From positions 1,583-65,582 of the forward strand of contig DATEFT010000635.1 in assembly GCA_035280505.1 (NCBI GenBank): a stretch of DNA of 64,000 nt, read 5' to 3'. The number at the start of each line of letters is the position of its first letter. The stretch's first letter is position 1. Below the pieces are notes generated by a model. It did not search any database and was not told where the DNA came from. It was given only the letters and a program-made list of their open reading frames with translations. The stretch comes from Blastocatellia bacterium (GTDB lineage: Bacteria; Acidobacteriota; Blastocatellia; RBC074). Below, piece after piece: positions 8,733 to 18,760 of the stretch. The translations under genes were made by a program, and so were the position numbers.

Positions 8733-9917
8733 ATGCGATTACGGTTCAGACTGAGTGTCTTGGGTAGAGATCGAATCCTGAAGGCGGCTGTCTCCATCAA
8801 CCTCTTGCTGTTCTGCTGGAGCGCCACGATCTTCGGACAGACGAACGCGAAACGCGAGGCGGGTGACCTCTTTGCCGGGATTGAGCTGGGAACGGACGGC
8901 CTCAGAACGGTGGCCCTCCGCTTCTCCCGCGGAGAAGACGAGCCCAGTCTCAAGCTGCTCTATTCGGAGAATATCCATCTCGGCCTGGGTCGCACCAGCA
9001 GCGGAAAGTTCGCGCCGCGCGCCTCGGAGGAGGCCGCGCAGGCTCTCCAGAAATTGTTGGGGCGCCTGGATCAGCAATACCGCGTCCCCGCCGAACGAAT
9101 CTTTCTGATCGGCAGCAGCAGTCTCGGCGCCGACCATCCGGAGGACCTCCTCGGCACCATCGCCAAGGTCACGGGGCGCACCCTCAACTTTCTCGATGTG
9201 GAGACCGAAGTTCAGCTCAGCATCGTCGGAACCATCTCGCGGCGGGAGAGCATCGGCGATACCTGGATCGACAATCGCAACTCATCCGTCCTGATCGAGA
9301 TCGGCAGCGATAGCACAAAGGGCGGTTACCAGTTGCTGAAATATCTGCCTTCGGCGCCTCCCAGCTACGATTTCGTGACCATGAGCATTCCCCAGGGAAC
9401 GGTCAGCTTCGCCAACGAAATCAGCCGCGCCAACAAGACCGTCAGCGATCTGCCGGGATTCGCCCAGAAAGTCCAGGGCTCGGGCGCCGGCACTCTGCGG
9501 AACGCGCTCCGTAAAGAGTGCGAGAGCAAACCGGGCCTCGTGATTCGCAAACGCGTCTACCTGACGGGCGATATCGTCTGGGCTCTGGCGACCCTGGTCT
9601 ACCCCACCGACCGCCAAAATTTCGTGCCGCTCACGCCCAAGGACATCACCCTCTTCGCCGGCAAAATGGCCGAGAACCCCCAGGAGATGCTCACTCCCGA
9701 CCTCTCGAAGGTCACGGACCGCGACCTGGCTCAGGAGATCGAACGGGAATTGGAAGCCGTCAGAAACACCTTCACGCCCCAACAACTGATCGCCGGAGCC
9801 GAGTTGCTCAAGACCATCTCGACCGAACTCAAATGGCAGGAGAAGAAGATCTGGTTCGCCCGCTTCGGACAGTTGGGCCGCGTCCTGAGTTACGTTCGGC
9901 TCCAGGCCGGAAAGTAG
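8733..9917 (+). CDS. Hypothetical secreted protein, possibly a degenerate ASKHA (Ppx/GppA-like) fold
   Basis: 394 aa with GAGG 7 nt upstream of the ATG. N-terminal hydrophobic segment INLLLFCWSATIFGQ. By-eye resemblance to Ppx/GppA motifs: GIELGTDGLRTV, RIFLIGSSSLG, ETEVQLSIVGT, VLIEIGSDSTKGGY (the usual GGGS is degenerate). Confidence 0.45.
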   Translation: MRLRFRLSVLGRDRILKAAVSINLLLFCWSATIFGQTNAKREAGDLFAGIELGTDGLRTVALRFSRGEDEPSLKLLYSENIHLGLGRTSSGKFAPRASEEAAQALQKLLGRLDQQYRVPAERIFLIGSSSLGADHPEDLLGTIAKVTGRTLNFLDVETEVQLSIVGTISRRESIGDTWIDNRNSSVLIEIGSDSTKGGYQLLKYLPSAPPSYDFVTMSIPQGTVSFANEISRANKTVSDLPGFAQKVQGSGAGTLRNALRKECESKPGLVIRKRVYLTGDIVWALATLVYPTDRQNFVPLTPKDITLFAGKMAENPQEMLTPDLSKVTDRDLAQEIERELEAVRNTFTPQQLIAGAELLKTISTELKWQEKKIWFARFGQLGRVLSYVRLQAGK

Positions 9918-10067
9918 CTCGCGCGCCGGAAGCTAGTAACTTCCGCCCCCAGGTACCATCGATCCTGGTAATCGAAGCAGTAACTCCGGCTCATCCGGCT
10001 CATCCTCTAATTACAGCCTTGCAATAATTTAGACGCGCGCTTCCGCATGACCAGGGAAGTAACCCCA

Positions 10068-10095
10068 TTGACTTCGCACTCCGATAATGTATAGT
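10068..10095 (+). promoter_or_regulatory. Promoter candidate for receptor copy 3 (conserved block)
   Basis: TTGACT (10068..10073), 16-nt spacer, TATAGT (10090..10095), with TG just upstream. The block ATTGACTTC-N12-TGTATAGTTA is shared with 15065 and 19540. Confidence 0.5.
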
Positions 10096-10581
10096 TAGCG
10101 GTGTCTGTAAACTAACTAGCTAACACAAATAATTAATATCTGTCCATGCTTCTCAAAGGATCAAAGGATTGCTGTGTCAGGTTTCTCCCGATCTTTCTTT
10201 GAAAGCAGGTACCGGGCGGGCGTCGTTTTGCGCACCGCCTCCAGCTAGCCCCACTAGCACTGCAACATCTAGCCCAGGACTATGTTCGGCAGCAGAATAG
10301 TAATCTGGCGAATAATCAAGATCGTAAATTATTTATAATACGGCTATCACCTTTGACACCGCGCCCTCATTCCATGGGTGTGAGACCTACTTGTGGATAG
10401 TGGCAGTACTTTGTTTGGAAATCATCATAATCGATAAAGCTATTATGATCTCTTAATCATCAATCACTGCCATCCCGACCTCTATCCCTTGAGAGGAAGT
10501 AAGGTCGGATTAGTTACGAGTATCTAACGAGTGGAATTTCATTCTGCTCGTAACAGGTTAATCCACTTAGCAGGAGGTCAC

Positions 10582-13500
10582 ATGTTCAAGCAATTGATAA
10601 GGGGGTTGTGTCTGTTGGCCGTGCTTTGCCTCGGCGCGGTTCCGATTTGGGCTCAGGCCCAGGGCTCGTCGGCGGATTTGACCGGTACCGTCTTTGACCC
10701 TTCGAAAGCGTTAATCAAAGGTGCGACCGTCACCGCGACCAACGTCGAGACGATGTTGACCCGGGTCGTGACGTCCGGCCCGAACGGGGTCTATCGGATC
10801 TCGCTGCTGCCGCCCGGAACGTATGAGGTCAAGAGCGAGGCCCAGGGTTTCAGCCCTCAAGTCAAGCGGGGGGTCACGCTGACCGTCGGACAGACCGCCG
10901 TGATCAATTTCGAGCTGCCGCTGGGCGTCAAGATGGAGGTCGAAGTGATCGACACCTCGGTGCCGCTCCTCGAAATGGAGCGAACCCATCAAGCCAGCAC
11001 CATCACTCAAAAACCGATCAATAATCTGCCGATCAACGGGCGCAATTTTCTGGATTTCGCGAAGCTGACGCCCGGAGTCTCCGACGAGAGTCCGTTGGTG
11101 ACGAAGGTCGCGGTGCCCCAGATTCCGACGTCCGGGCTCTCGTTCGGCGGTCAGAACGGGCGAGCCAACAGCGTGCTGATCGACGGCGTGGACAACAACG
11201 ATATCGCCAGCAACGGCGTCCGCCCGACCATCAGTCAGGAGGCGGTCCGCGAGTATCAGATCAACCGTCAGGGCTATAACCCCGAATTCGGCCGCGCGAG
11301 CGCGGGAACCATCAACCTCGTCACCAAGAGCGGGACCAGCAAGTTCCACGGAAACGTCTACAACTATTTCCGCAACGAACAACTGGATGCCCGCAACACG
11401 TTCGCCACCTCGGCGTCGCAGGATCCGCCCTTCAAGCGGAACCAGCCCGGCTTCACGCTGGGCGGCCCGCTCAGAGCCAAGGCATTCTTCTTCGTTTCGC
11501 ACGAGGGGCTCTATCGCCGGGAGTCGGCGATCACGACCATCCTCTCCGATCCCTCGATTCTGCAACCGACTTCCGGACAGCAGGCGCTGATCAACGCGCT
11601 GCTCGGATCCGGCAATCCGGCCCTGGGTGTGAGGCTGCAAAACATGCTCAACATCGGCCCGAACGCCCAGCCGCCGTTCCAGCGGAATCTGGCGACCTAT
11701 CAATTCCTGAACAATGCGACCGGGATCTTCCCGATTCGCGAAAATTCCTCGACCTCCAACCTCCGGATCGATCAGGCGTTCAACGAACAGGACTATCTCC
11801 TGTTCCGATACAGCTTCACCAACGACGCGATCCATGGGGTCGGAGTCGGCGGTCTGCAGAGCCCTTCCCGAGGCTATGACATCGGAATCATCGATCACGG
11901 ATTCGTGGTGGGCGAGACCCATCTCTTCTCCGGGGGCTCGGCGAACGAGCTTCGTTTTCAGTTCGTGCGTAACACGTTCAACGCCAACACGGTCGATCCG
12001 TACGGTCCGCAGTACAACCTCTTTGGGATCGGAACCCTCGGCCGCGATTTCAGCGCGCCCTCGGATCGCCGGCAATATCGAACGCAATTGCTCGATAACT
12101 TTTCTCTGATGCGAGGAAAGAACAGGATCAAATTCGGCGGCGATTTCAACCGGTACAGCTTCAAGGTCAATCAACCGATCTTCGGAGGCGGCAACATCGA
12201 CTTCTCACCGATTCCGGTCCCGCTGGGCGCGATTCTGGACCCGGCCTATACCGGCCAGGTGCTGACCGCGCTCGGTCCGGGCGGACTGAACCGGCCGGAT
12301 CTGCAGGCGGTCCTGGGGCAGAACCTGACCGTCGTGCAGTTGCTGAATTATGGATTCCCGGCCTCGCTCAACCAGGGATACGGCAATCCCAGCGCCGATC
12401 TTTCGGGGTACCTCTTCGGGACCTACGCGCAAGACGGCGTGCAACTGAAGCCCAATCTGTTCCTGAACTTCGGTCTCCGCTACGATTACGACAAACCTCC
12501 GGCCGGAGTGAATCGCGATCGGAACAATTTCAGCCCGCGAATCGGTTTCTCGTACGATCCGTTCAAATCCGGCAAGACCGTGATCCGCGGCGGCGGCGGA
12601 ATGTTCTACCAACCGCTCTTCACGGCGACGGCCTTCATCTCGACGATTCTGGGCGGCGGACAGATCAGCAATATCCTGGTCACGGCCGATCCCTTGATCT
12701 CGCCGATCGATCCGAATTCATTTTGCGGCCGGCAGCTAGCGACCTCCAGAGTGCCGCCGTCCGCCTGCTTCTACCAGTCACTGGCCGCGCAGGGCGTGAT
12801 CACGCTCCCGTCGACCTCCACGATTCCTGAATCGGCCTACCAGCAACTGCTGGGCCTGAACCGCGCGGGGAGCGTCAATCGGGCGGTGCTGCGGCTGGCC
12901 GACAACGTCGTCAATCCGTATAGTTTTCAGGGCAGCATCGGGATCGATCATGAGTTCGGCCGTGACTTCTTCGTCTCGGTCAACTATCAGCTCAATCACG
13001 GCGTGAACCTGATCCGAAGCCGCCAGATCAACGCGCTCCCCAATCCCAACCGGCTGGATGCGCTGGGGCGCCCATCCCTCACCGGACGCGCCGACCAGAC
13101 GAAACTGATCGACTATATCTATGAGACGGGCGGCAATTCGATCTATCACAGCATGCAGGTGGAGGTGAATCGCAAGTTCGGCCGTTACTATCAGTTGATC
13201 GGAGCCTACACGCTGAGCAAGGCGATCGACGACGCGACCGATCTCGCTTTCGGACAGGGTCCGCAAGACCCGACCAACCCCGGAGCCGATCGCGGTCTTT
13301 CGGCGTTCGATGTCCGGCAACGGCTCACGCTCACCTCGCTGATCGATAGTCCGTTTAAAGGCGGCAGCGGCAAACCGCTCTATCAGCGGGTGCTCGCCAA
13401 CTTCTACTTCTCGCCGATCGCGACCGTGCGCTCCGGTTTCCCATTCAACATCGTCACCGGAATCGACGTCAACCTGGACAACAACATCAACGATCGTCCC

Positions 13501-13812
13501 TTTGCGGTCGGAAGAAATACCGGCCTCGGGCCCGGATTCTTCGCGATGGATCTGCGAATCGGTCGCCGGTTCCCGCTCGGAGCCGACGGTTCGCGTTCGA
13601 TCGAGGCGATCTTCGATACTTTCAATCTCTTCAACCGCGCCAACTACAAAGACCTGAACAACAACACCAGCGGACAGCTCTATCTCGACCGGGCCGGTTT
13701 CTCGGATGTCCGCGTGGCAGGTTGTACGGACCGGGCGACGAGCGCCCTCTGCGGGTTCACCGCGGCTTACGACCCACGCATTATTCAACTCGCGGTCAAG
13801 CTCAACTTCTAA
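10582..13812 (+). CDS. TonB-dependent outer-membrane receptor, copy 3
   Basis: Start set at ATG 10582 (MFKQLIRGLCLLAVLCLGAVPIWAQAQGSSADLTG), preceded by AGGAGGTCAC. The ORF-track GTG at 10531 lacks an RBS. Same domain order as copy 2; ends LKLNF. Confidence 0.9.
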   Translation: MFKQLIRGLCLLAVLCLGAVPIWAQAQGSSADLTGTVFDPSKALIKGATVTATNVETMLTRVVTSGPNGVYRISLLPPGTYEVKSEAQGFSPQVKRGVTLTVGQTAVINFELPLGVKMEVEVIDTSVPLLEMERTHQASTITQKPINNLPINGRNFLDFAKLTPGVSDESPLVTKVAVPQIPTSGLSFGGQNGRANSVLIDGVDNNDIASNGVRPTISQEAVREYQINRQGYNPEFGRASAGTINLVTKSGTSKFHGNVYNYFRNEQLDARNTFATSASQDPPFKRNQPGFTLGGPLRAKAFFFVSHEGLYRRESAITTILSDPSILQPTSGQQALINALLGSGNPALGVRLQNMLNIGPNAQPPFQRNLATYQFLNNATGIFPIRENSSTSNLRIDQAFNEQDYLLFRYSFTNDAIHGVGVGGLQSPSRGYDIGIIDHGFVVGETHLFSGGSANELRFQFVRNTFNANTVDPYGPQYNLFGIGTLGRDFSAPSDRRQYRTQLLDNFSLMRGKNRIKFGGDFNRYSFKVNQPIFGGGNIDFSPIPVPLGAILDPAYTGQVLTALGPGGLNRPDLQAVLGQNLTVVQLLNYGFPASLNQGYGNPSADLSGYLFGTYAQDGVQLKPNLFLNFGLRYDYDKPPAGVNRDRNNFSPRIGFSYDPFKSGKTVIRGGGGMFYQPLFTATAFISTILGGGQISNILVTADPLISPIDPNSFCGRQLATSRVPPSACFYQSLAAQGVITLPSTSTIPESAYQQLLGLNRAGSVNRAVLRLADNVVNPYSFQGSIGIDHEFGRDFFVSVNYQLNHGVNLIRSRQINALPNPNRLDALGRPSLTGRADQTKLIDYIYETGGNSIYHSMQVEVNRKFGRYYQLIGAYTLSKAIDDATDLAFGQGPQDPTNPGADRGLSAFDVRQRLTLTSLIDSPFKGGSGKPLYQRVLANFYFSPIATVRSGFPFNIVTGIDVNLDNNINDRPFAVGRNTGLGPGFFAMDLRIGRRFPLGADGSRSIEAIFDTFNLFNRANYKDLNNNTSGQLYLDRAGFSDVRVAGCTDRATSALCGFTAAYDPRIIQLAVKLNF

Positions 13813-13862
13813 CTGGAATTGAGATCGCACGGCTCTCGCAGACCGTGGCGAATTCCTGGAGA

Positions 13863-13906
13863 GAACGGAACGACGGAAAAGGAGAACTCCTTTTCCGTCT
13901 GTTCCG
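13863..13906. repeat. Palindromic hairpin (CGGAA variant) in the receptor-partner gap
   Basis: GAACGGAACGACGGAAAAGGA (13863..13883) pairs with TCCTTTTCCGTCTGTTCCG (13888..13906), with one bulge. A partial third unit CTTTTCCGTC follows, ending at 13920. Confidence 0.7.
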
Positions 13907-13969
13907 CCTGCTTTTCCGTCATTCGCGGTATTGTATAATCTACCCGAACGATCATAGATCAGGAGTGAG

Positions 13970-15007
13970 ATGAAGACCTCTGCGATGATCATAGCAATGG
14001 CGTTGCTGCTGTGTGCGGAGATCCGGGTCGCGGCCCAGACGGAGTCGTTCGAGAAGCAGGCCGTGGCGCTGGTCCGGCAGATGCCGGCCTCCGCGCTCGA
14101 CACGGAGTTGCCCAAACTTCCGTTCTCCACCTGGCTCACCCAACAGCTTGGCCCGCAAGCCGGCATCGTCTGGCAATTGACCGAATGCGGCGCCCCGATC
14201 AGGGACTCCGACCAGGCCGAGCCGGATCTGCGCGCCTGTACGGAGGTCAACGCCAGCCTGCCCGACGGCAGCAAGGTGATCATCGCCGTCATGGTCGGGA
14301 CGTTCAAGAAAGGAATCATCGGGACTCCGATCTTCTATTACGCCGTCGTGGAACGCGGCGAACAGCTCTATCAGATTGGCCGGTTGCACGAGGTCCCGCA
14401 GTCGATCTCCAAAGACAAGGCTCCGCTGGCGGTCCGGGGCTCTTCAAAATCGAGGGATCATTTCATCAAGTTGCCGGCCATCAATCTGGATCAGTTCGAT
14501 CGACAAGAGCGGACCGACCAGCAGTATCTCTTCGGAACCCAGCTCTTCTCACGGGCCAATCAGCCCTGGCTGCCGCTCCCTCGAGCGGACCTGGAAGAGA
14601 ATGTGGTTCCGCCGCCCACCGCCCCAGCATTCGCCAAATCAGGCACCAAACCGGGCGCCAAACCGGGCGCCAAACCGGGCCTCCCCTCCATTCCATCCGC
14701 CGAGACTGATTCATCGCCGCAGAGGGTCTCGGAGGGCGTCATCCAGGGCCAGACCATCACCCGAGTCAAACCGATCTACCCGCCCGCCGCCCGCATGCTG
14801 AACCTGAACGGAATGGTCATGGTCGAGATCACGATCTCGGAGACCGGCCAGGTGACGGCCGCCCACGCCACCAGCGGACATAAAGCCCTGCGCTCACCGG
14901 CCGAGGACGCCGCCTACAAATGGGTCTTCAGACCGACGCTGCTCAACGGCGATCCAGTCAAGGTTCAAAGTATCCTGACCTTCATCTTCACGCCCGGCGG
15001 AAAATAA
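13970..15007 (+). CDS. Secreted TonB C-terminal-domain protein, partner of receptor copy 3
   Basis: AGGAG RBS. MKTSAMIIAMALLLCAEIRVAAQ signal-like segment. WQLTECGAP...DLRACTEVNASLPDG...GTFKKG domain. TonB_C end (VKPIYPPAARMLNLNGMVMVEITISETGQV...WVFRPTLLNGDPVKVQSILTFIF). Confidence 0.8.
   Translation: MKTSAMIIAMALLLCAEIRVAAQTESFEKQAVALVRQMPASALDTELPKLPFSTWLTQQLGPQAGIVWQLTECGAPIRDSDQAEPDLRACTEVNASLPDGSKVIIAVMVGTFKKGIIGTPIFYYAVVERGEQLYQIGRLHEVPQSISKDKAPLAVRGSSKSRDHFIKLPAINLDQFDRQERTDQQYLFGTQLFSRANQPWLPLPRADLEENVVPPPTAPAFAKSGTKPGAKPGAKPGLPSIPSAETDSSPQRVSEGVIQGQTITRVKPIYPPAARMLNLNGMVMVEITISETGQVTAAHATSGHKALRSPAEDAAYKWVFRPTLLNGDPVKVQSILTFIFTPGGK
14643..14678. repeat. 12-bp tandem repeat x3 inside the partner-3 linker
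   Basis: GCACCAAACCGG GCGCCAAACCGG GCGCCAAACCGG, encoding GTKPGAKPGAKPG. Confidence 0.85.
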
Positions 15008-15064
15008 CAGGCGGATCGAGGCCCGATGTATAAATCATAATAGACGGCCGGCAGGTTAAAGTTA

Positions 15065-15092
15065 TTGACTTCACGAGGTAAAAACTATAGCT
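15065..15092 (+). promoter_or_regulatory. Promoter candidate for receptor copy 4 (conserved block)
   Basis: TTGACT (15065..15070), 15-nt spacer, TATAGC (15086..15091). Block ATTGACTTC-N11-ACTATAGCTTA. Confidence 0.45.
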
Positions 15093-15484
15093 TAGCCCTC
15101 GTTTGTTATTAACCATAGTCTACTAACTTATAACGATGCCAACATTGTTCTGATAGAGACTGCTATTTTGTTCTTAGATCTAAGCCAGGAGCGATAACTT
15201 CGATCAGCCCTATTCCGATCAGCCCCCGCGCTGCGCGCCCCAATAAACCAAGACCCGGCAAAGACCCAATGGAGATCCTCACCACCACACGCTCGGCGTG
15301 ATTGGCGTCCTCACTGCTGGATCCGGTGCTGCCCGGAGAAGCAGCCTCGCGACATTCTCACTCTCGGCGCCGCTCTATCAAAACAATCATCATTCTTGTG
15401 CGCTGCTCCACCATCCCGCTCCAGCGGAGGGTCGGGTGAGTTGTGCCTGATCGAGGCGGCGAACAATCGGTAATTGGAGGTTAA

Positions 15485-18400
15485 ATGCTCAGAGATCTAG
15501 TAAGGGTATGCTACGTGTTCAGCCTGCTGCTCCTGACCGCCGGGCCCGGTCTGGCCCAGGCGCAGAGTGCTTCAGCCGATCTGACCGGTTCCGTCGCGGA
15601 CCCGTCGAAGGCGGTGGTCTCCGGGGCGACCGTCACGGCGGTCAATCTCGAGACCGGGTTGATTCGAGTCGCGACGTCCGACCTCACCGGCGTCTATCGC
15701 GTCTCGCTGCTGCCGCCCGGCTGCTACGAGTTGAAGGTTCGCGCCGAGGGCTTCAACGTCCAGGTCAAGCGCAACATCATGCTGACCGTCGGCCAGACGG
15801 CGCTGATCAATTTCGATCTGGCGCTCGGCGTCAAGACCGAGACCGAGGTGATCGAGACCAGCACGCCGGTGATCGAGATGGAACGGACCCATCAGTCATC
15901 GACCATCACCCAGAGGCCGATCGATAACCTGCCGCTCAATGGACGCAACTTCCTGGATTTCGCCCGGCTCACACCCGGCGTGGTCGAGGAGAGCCCGGCG
16001 GTGGCGAAGGTCCTGGTTCCTCAACTCCCGACCTCCGGGCTCTCGTTCGCCGGGCAGAATGGACGCTCCAACAGCATCCAGATCGACGGGGTCGACAATA
16101 ACGACATCACCAGCAACGGGGTGCGCCCGACCATCAGTCAGGAGGCGGTCCGGGAGTTCCAGATCAATCGTCATGGCTACAATGCCGAGTTCGGCCGCGC
16201 CAGCGGCGGAGTCATCAACATCGTCTCCAAGAGCGGCTCGAACGAACTGCACGGAAACCTCTACGACTATTTCCGCAACGAGCGGCTCGACGCGCGCAAC
16301 GTCTTCGCCTCGGCCTATCGGCAGGATCCGCCCTTCAAACGCAATCAGCCCGGTTTCACGCTCGGCGGTCCCCTGCAGCGAGATCGAACCTTCTTCTTCG
16401 CCTCATATGAAGGACTGATCAGGCGCGAATCGACGATCTCGACGATCCTGGCCGATCCCTGGATCCTCAATCCGACGACCGGCCAGCAGTCCCTGATCGC
16501 CCCGCTGCTCGGATCGACCAACCCGGATGACGTCCTCCTGGGTCAACAGTTGCAGGCGCTGCTGACGACCACGGCCAACAGCGCACCTCAATCGATCGGC
16601 CCGGCTCTCCAGCAGAACCGCGCCACCTATCACTACCTCGCCGCGTCGACCGGAATCTTTCCCGTCAACGAGACCTCGAACACGGGCAGCCTCCGGATCG
16701 ACCATGCTTTCAGCGAGCAGGACTATCTCTTCTCCAGATACAACCTGACCAACGACAGCCAGCGGAATATCGGGATCGGCGGCCTCTTCGCGCCCTCGGC
16801 CGGTTTCGACTTGGCGATCATCGATCACACCTACGTCCTCGGCGAGACGCATCTCTTCCGGGGCGGTTCGACCAACGAACTGCGGCTCCAACTGGTCCGC
16901 AATGCCTTCAACGCCAACACGGTCGATCCCTTCGGCCCGCATTACCAGATCGCCGGGATCGGCACCTTCGGGCGCGACTTCACCGCCCCCTCGAATCGCA
17001 CGCAATGGCGCGGGCAGGTGCTGGACAACTACAGCGTCAAATGGGGCCGCCATAATTTCAAACTGGGCGGCGATTTCAACCGCTATGCGTTCGAGGTCTA
17101 CAATCCGGTCTTCGGCGGCGGCAACATCGATTTCACCCAGTTGCCGATTCCGCTCGGCGCGGTCTTGAACGGCAAGACCCAAGCGCAATTGAACGCGGCG
17201 CTCTCCAGGTTGGGACGACCCGAACTCGGCTCGGTGCTCCTCCAACCGCTGACCACGGTGCAACAGATCAATTTCGGATTGCCCAGCGCGATCAACCAGG
17301 GCTACGGCAATCCCAACACGAACCTGAACGGCAGCATCCTGGGGCTCTATCTGCAGGACGGCCTGCAGATCAAACCCGATCTCTATTTGAGTTTCGGCCT
17401 TCGTTACGACTACGAACTGCAACCGGACGGCACGCCCCGCGACGGCAACAACCTGGGCCCGCGCTTCGGGTTCACCTATACCCCGTTCAAAGGCGGCAAG
17501 ACCTTGATCCGGGGCGGCGGCGGCCTCTACTATCAATCGCTCTACACGGCGACCGCCTTCATCTCCACGATCCTGGGCCGGGGACAGATCAGCAACGTCC
17601 TGGTCTCGGCCGATCCGCTGCTGACGCCGATCGCCGCCAATTCGCCTTGCGGTCAGGCGCTGGCGTCCGGCCTGCAGCCGTCCTTCTGTTTCTATCAGCA
17701 ATTGGTCGCCGGCGGCCGATTGAGTTTCTCCCCGACCTCGACGATCCCGGAGTCGGCCTATTCGGATCTGCTCGGACTGACGCGCCAAACGAGCGCCAAC
17801 CGCGTGATCCTCAGGCTGGACAACAATGCCGTCAACCCCTACAGCGTTCAGGGCAGCCTCGGCATCGACCATCAGTTCGGGCGCGACCTCTCGCTCTCGG
17901 TCAACTACCTGATCAATCGCGGCACCAAGTTGATCCGAACCCGCCAGGTCAATGCCCTGCCGAACACCGTGATGACCGACGCCTTCGGACGCCCGGCGCT
18001 GACCAACCGCGTCGACCCGACCAGGCTGGCGGATTACGTCTATGAGACGGCGGGGAGTTCGATCTATCACGGTCTGGCCGTCTCTCTCAACAAACGGTTG
18101 AGCCGGCATTACCAGTTGATCGGAGCCTATACCTTCGGCAAGGCCATCGACGACGTGACGGATCTCAACTTCGAACAGGGTCCGCAAGACCCGACCCGGA
18201 TCGGGGCCGACCGGAGTCTCTCGTCATTCAACGTCAGCCACCGGCTTTCGTTGACCTCGCTCTTCGACAGCCCGTTCCGGGGCGGCGCCGGGAGACCGCT
18301 CTACGATCGGATCCTCGCCGATTTCTATCTCTCGCCGATCCTGACCCTCCGGTCCGGTTTCCCCTTCAACATTCGGACCGGAATCGACGTGAATATGGAC

Positions 18401-18733
18401 AACAACAACAACGACCGGCCCTTCGCCGTCGGGAGAAATACCGGCCTCGGACCCGGATTCTTCACCACGGATCTGCGGATCGGCCGCCGGTTCCGGCTCA
18501 GCCCCGACAGCCCGCGCACCATCGAGGCCATCTTCGACACCTTCAACCTCTTCAATCGGGTCAACTATAAAGAGGTGAACGGCAACACCGGCGGCGTGCT
18601 CTATCTCGAACAGTTGGGAATCACCGATTTCCGCGTGACCGGCTGTGCCGACCGGGCCGCCAGCAGCTTCTGCGGCTTCACCTCCGCCTATGAACCGCGC
18701 GTCATTCAACTGGCGGTGAAACTCAATTTCTAA
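15485..18733 (+). CDS. TonB-dependent outer-membrane receptor, copy 4 (no partner gene downstream)
   Basis: 1082 aa. RBS TGGAGGTTAA-ATG. Signal peptide ...GPGLAQAQSASADLTG, plug motifs PLNGRNFLDF and FKRNQPGFTLGGP, terminal LKLNF. Confidence 0.92.
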   Translation: MLRDLVRVCYVFSLLLLTAGPGLAQAQSASADLTGSVADPSKAVVSGATVTAVNLETGLIRVATSDLTGVYRVSLLPPGCYELKVRAEGFNVQVKRNIMLTVGQTALINFDLALGVKTETEVIETSTPVIEMERTHQSSTITQRPIDNLPLNGRNFLDFARLTPGVVEESPAVAKVLVPQLPTSGLSFAGQNGRSNSIQIDGVDNNDITSNGVRPTISQEAVREFQINRHGYNAEFGRASGGVINIVSKSGSNELHGNLYDYFRNERLDARNVFASAYRQDPPFKRNQPGFTLGGPLQRDRTFFFASYEGLIRRESTISTILADPWILNPTTGQQSLIAPLLGSTNPDDVLLGQQLQALLTTTANSAPQSIGPALQQNRATYHYLAASTGIFPVNETSNTGSLRIDHAFSEQDYLFSRYNLTNDSQRNIGIGGLFAPSAGFDLAIIDHTYVLGETHLFRGGSTNELRLQLVRNAFNANTVDPFGPHYQIAGIGTFGRDFTAPSNRTQWRGQVLDNYSVKWGRHNFKLGGDFNRYAFEVYNPVFGGGNIDFTQLPIPLGAVLNGKTQAQLNAALSRLGRPELGSVLLQPLTTVQQINFGLPSAINQGYGNPNTNLNGSILGLYLQDGLQIKPDLYLSFGLRYDYELQPDGTPRDGNNLGPRFGFTYTPFKGGKTLIRGGGGLYYQSLYTATAFISTILGRGQISNVLVSADPLLTPIAANSPCGQALASGLQPSFCFYQQLVAGGRLSFSPTSTIPESAYSDLLGLTRQTSANRVILRLDNNAVNPYSVQGSLGIDHQFGRDLSLSVNYLINRGTKLIRTRQVNALPNTVMTDAFGRPALTNRVDPTRLADYVYETAGSSIYHGLAVSLNKRLSRHYQLIGAYTFGKAIDDVTDLNFEQGPQDPTRIGADRSLSSFNVSHRLSLTSLFDSPFRGGAGRPLYDRILADFYLSPILTLRSGFPFNIRTGIDVNMDNNNNDRPFAVGRNTGLGPGFFTTDLRIGRRFRLSPDSPRTIEAIFDTFNLFNRVNYKEVNGNTGGVLYLEQLGITDFRVTGCADRAASSFCGFTSAYEPRVIQLAVKLNF

Positions 18734-18760
18734 AGATTCTCTTGACCGAATCGATGGCTA

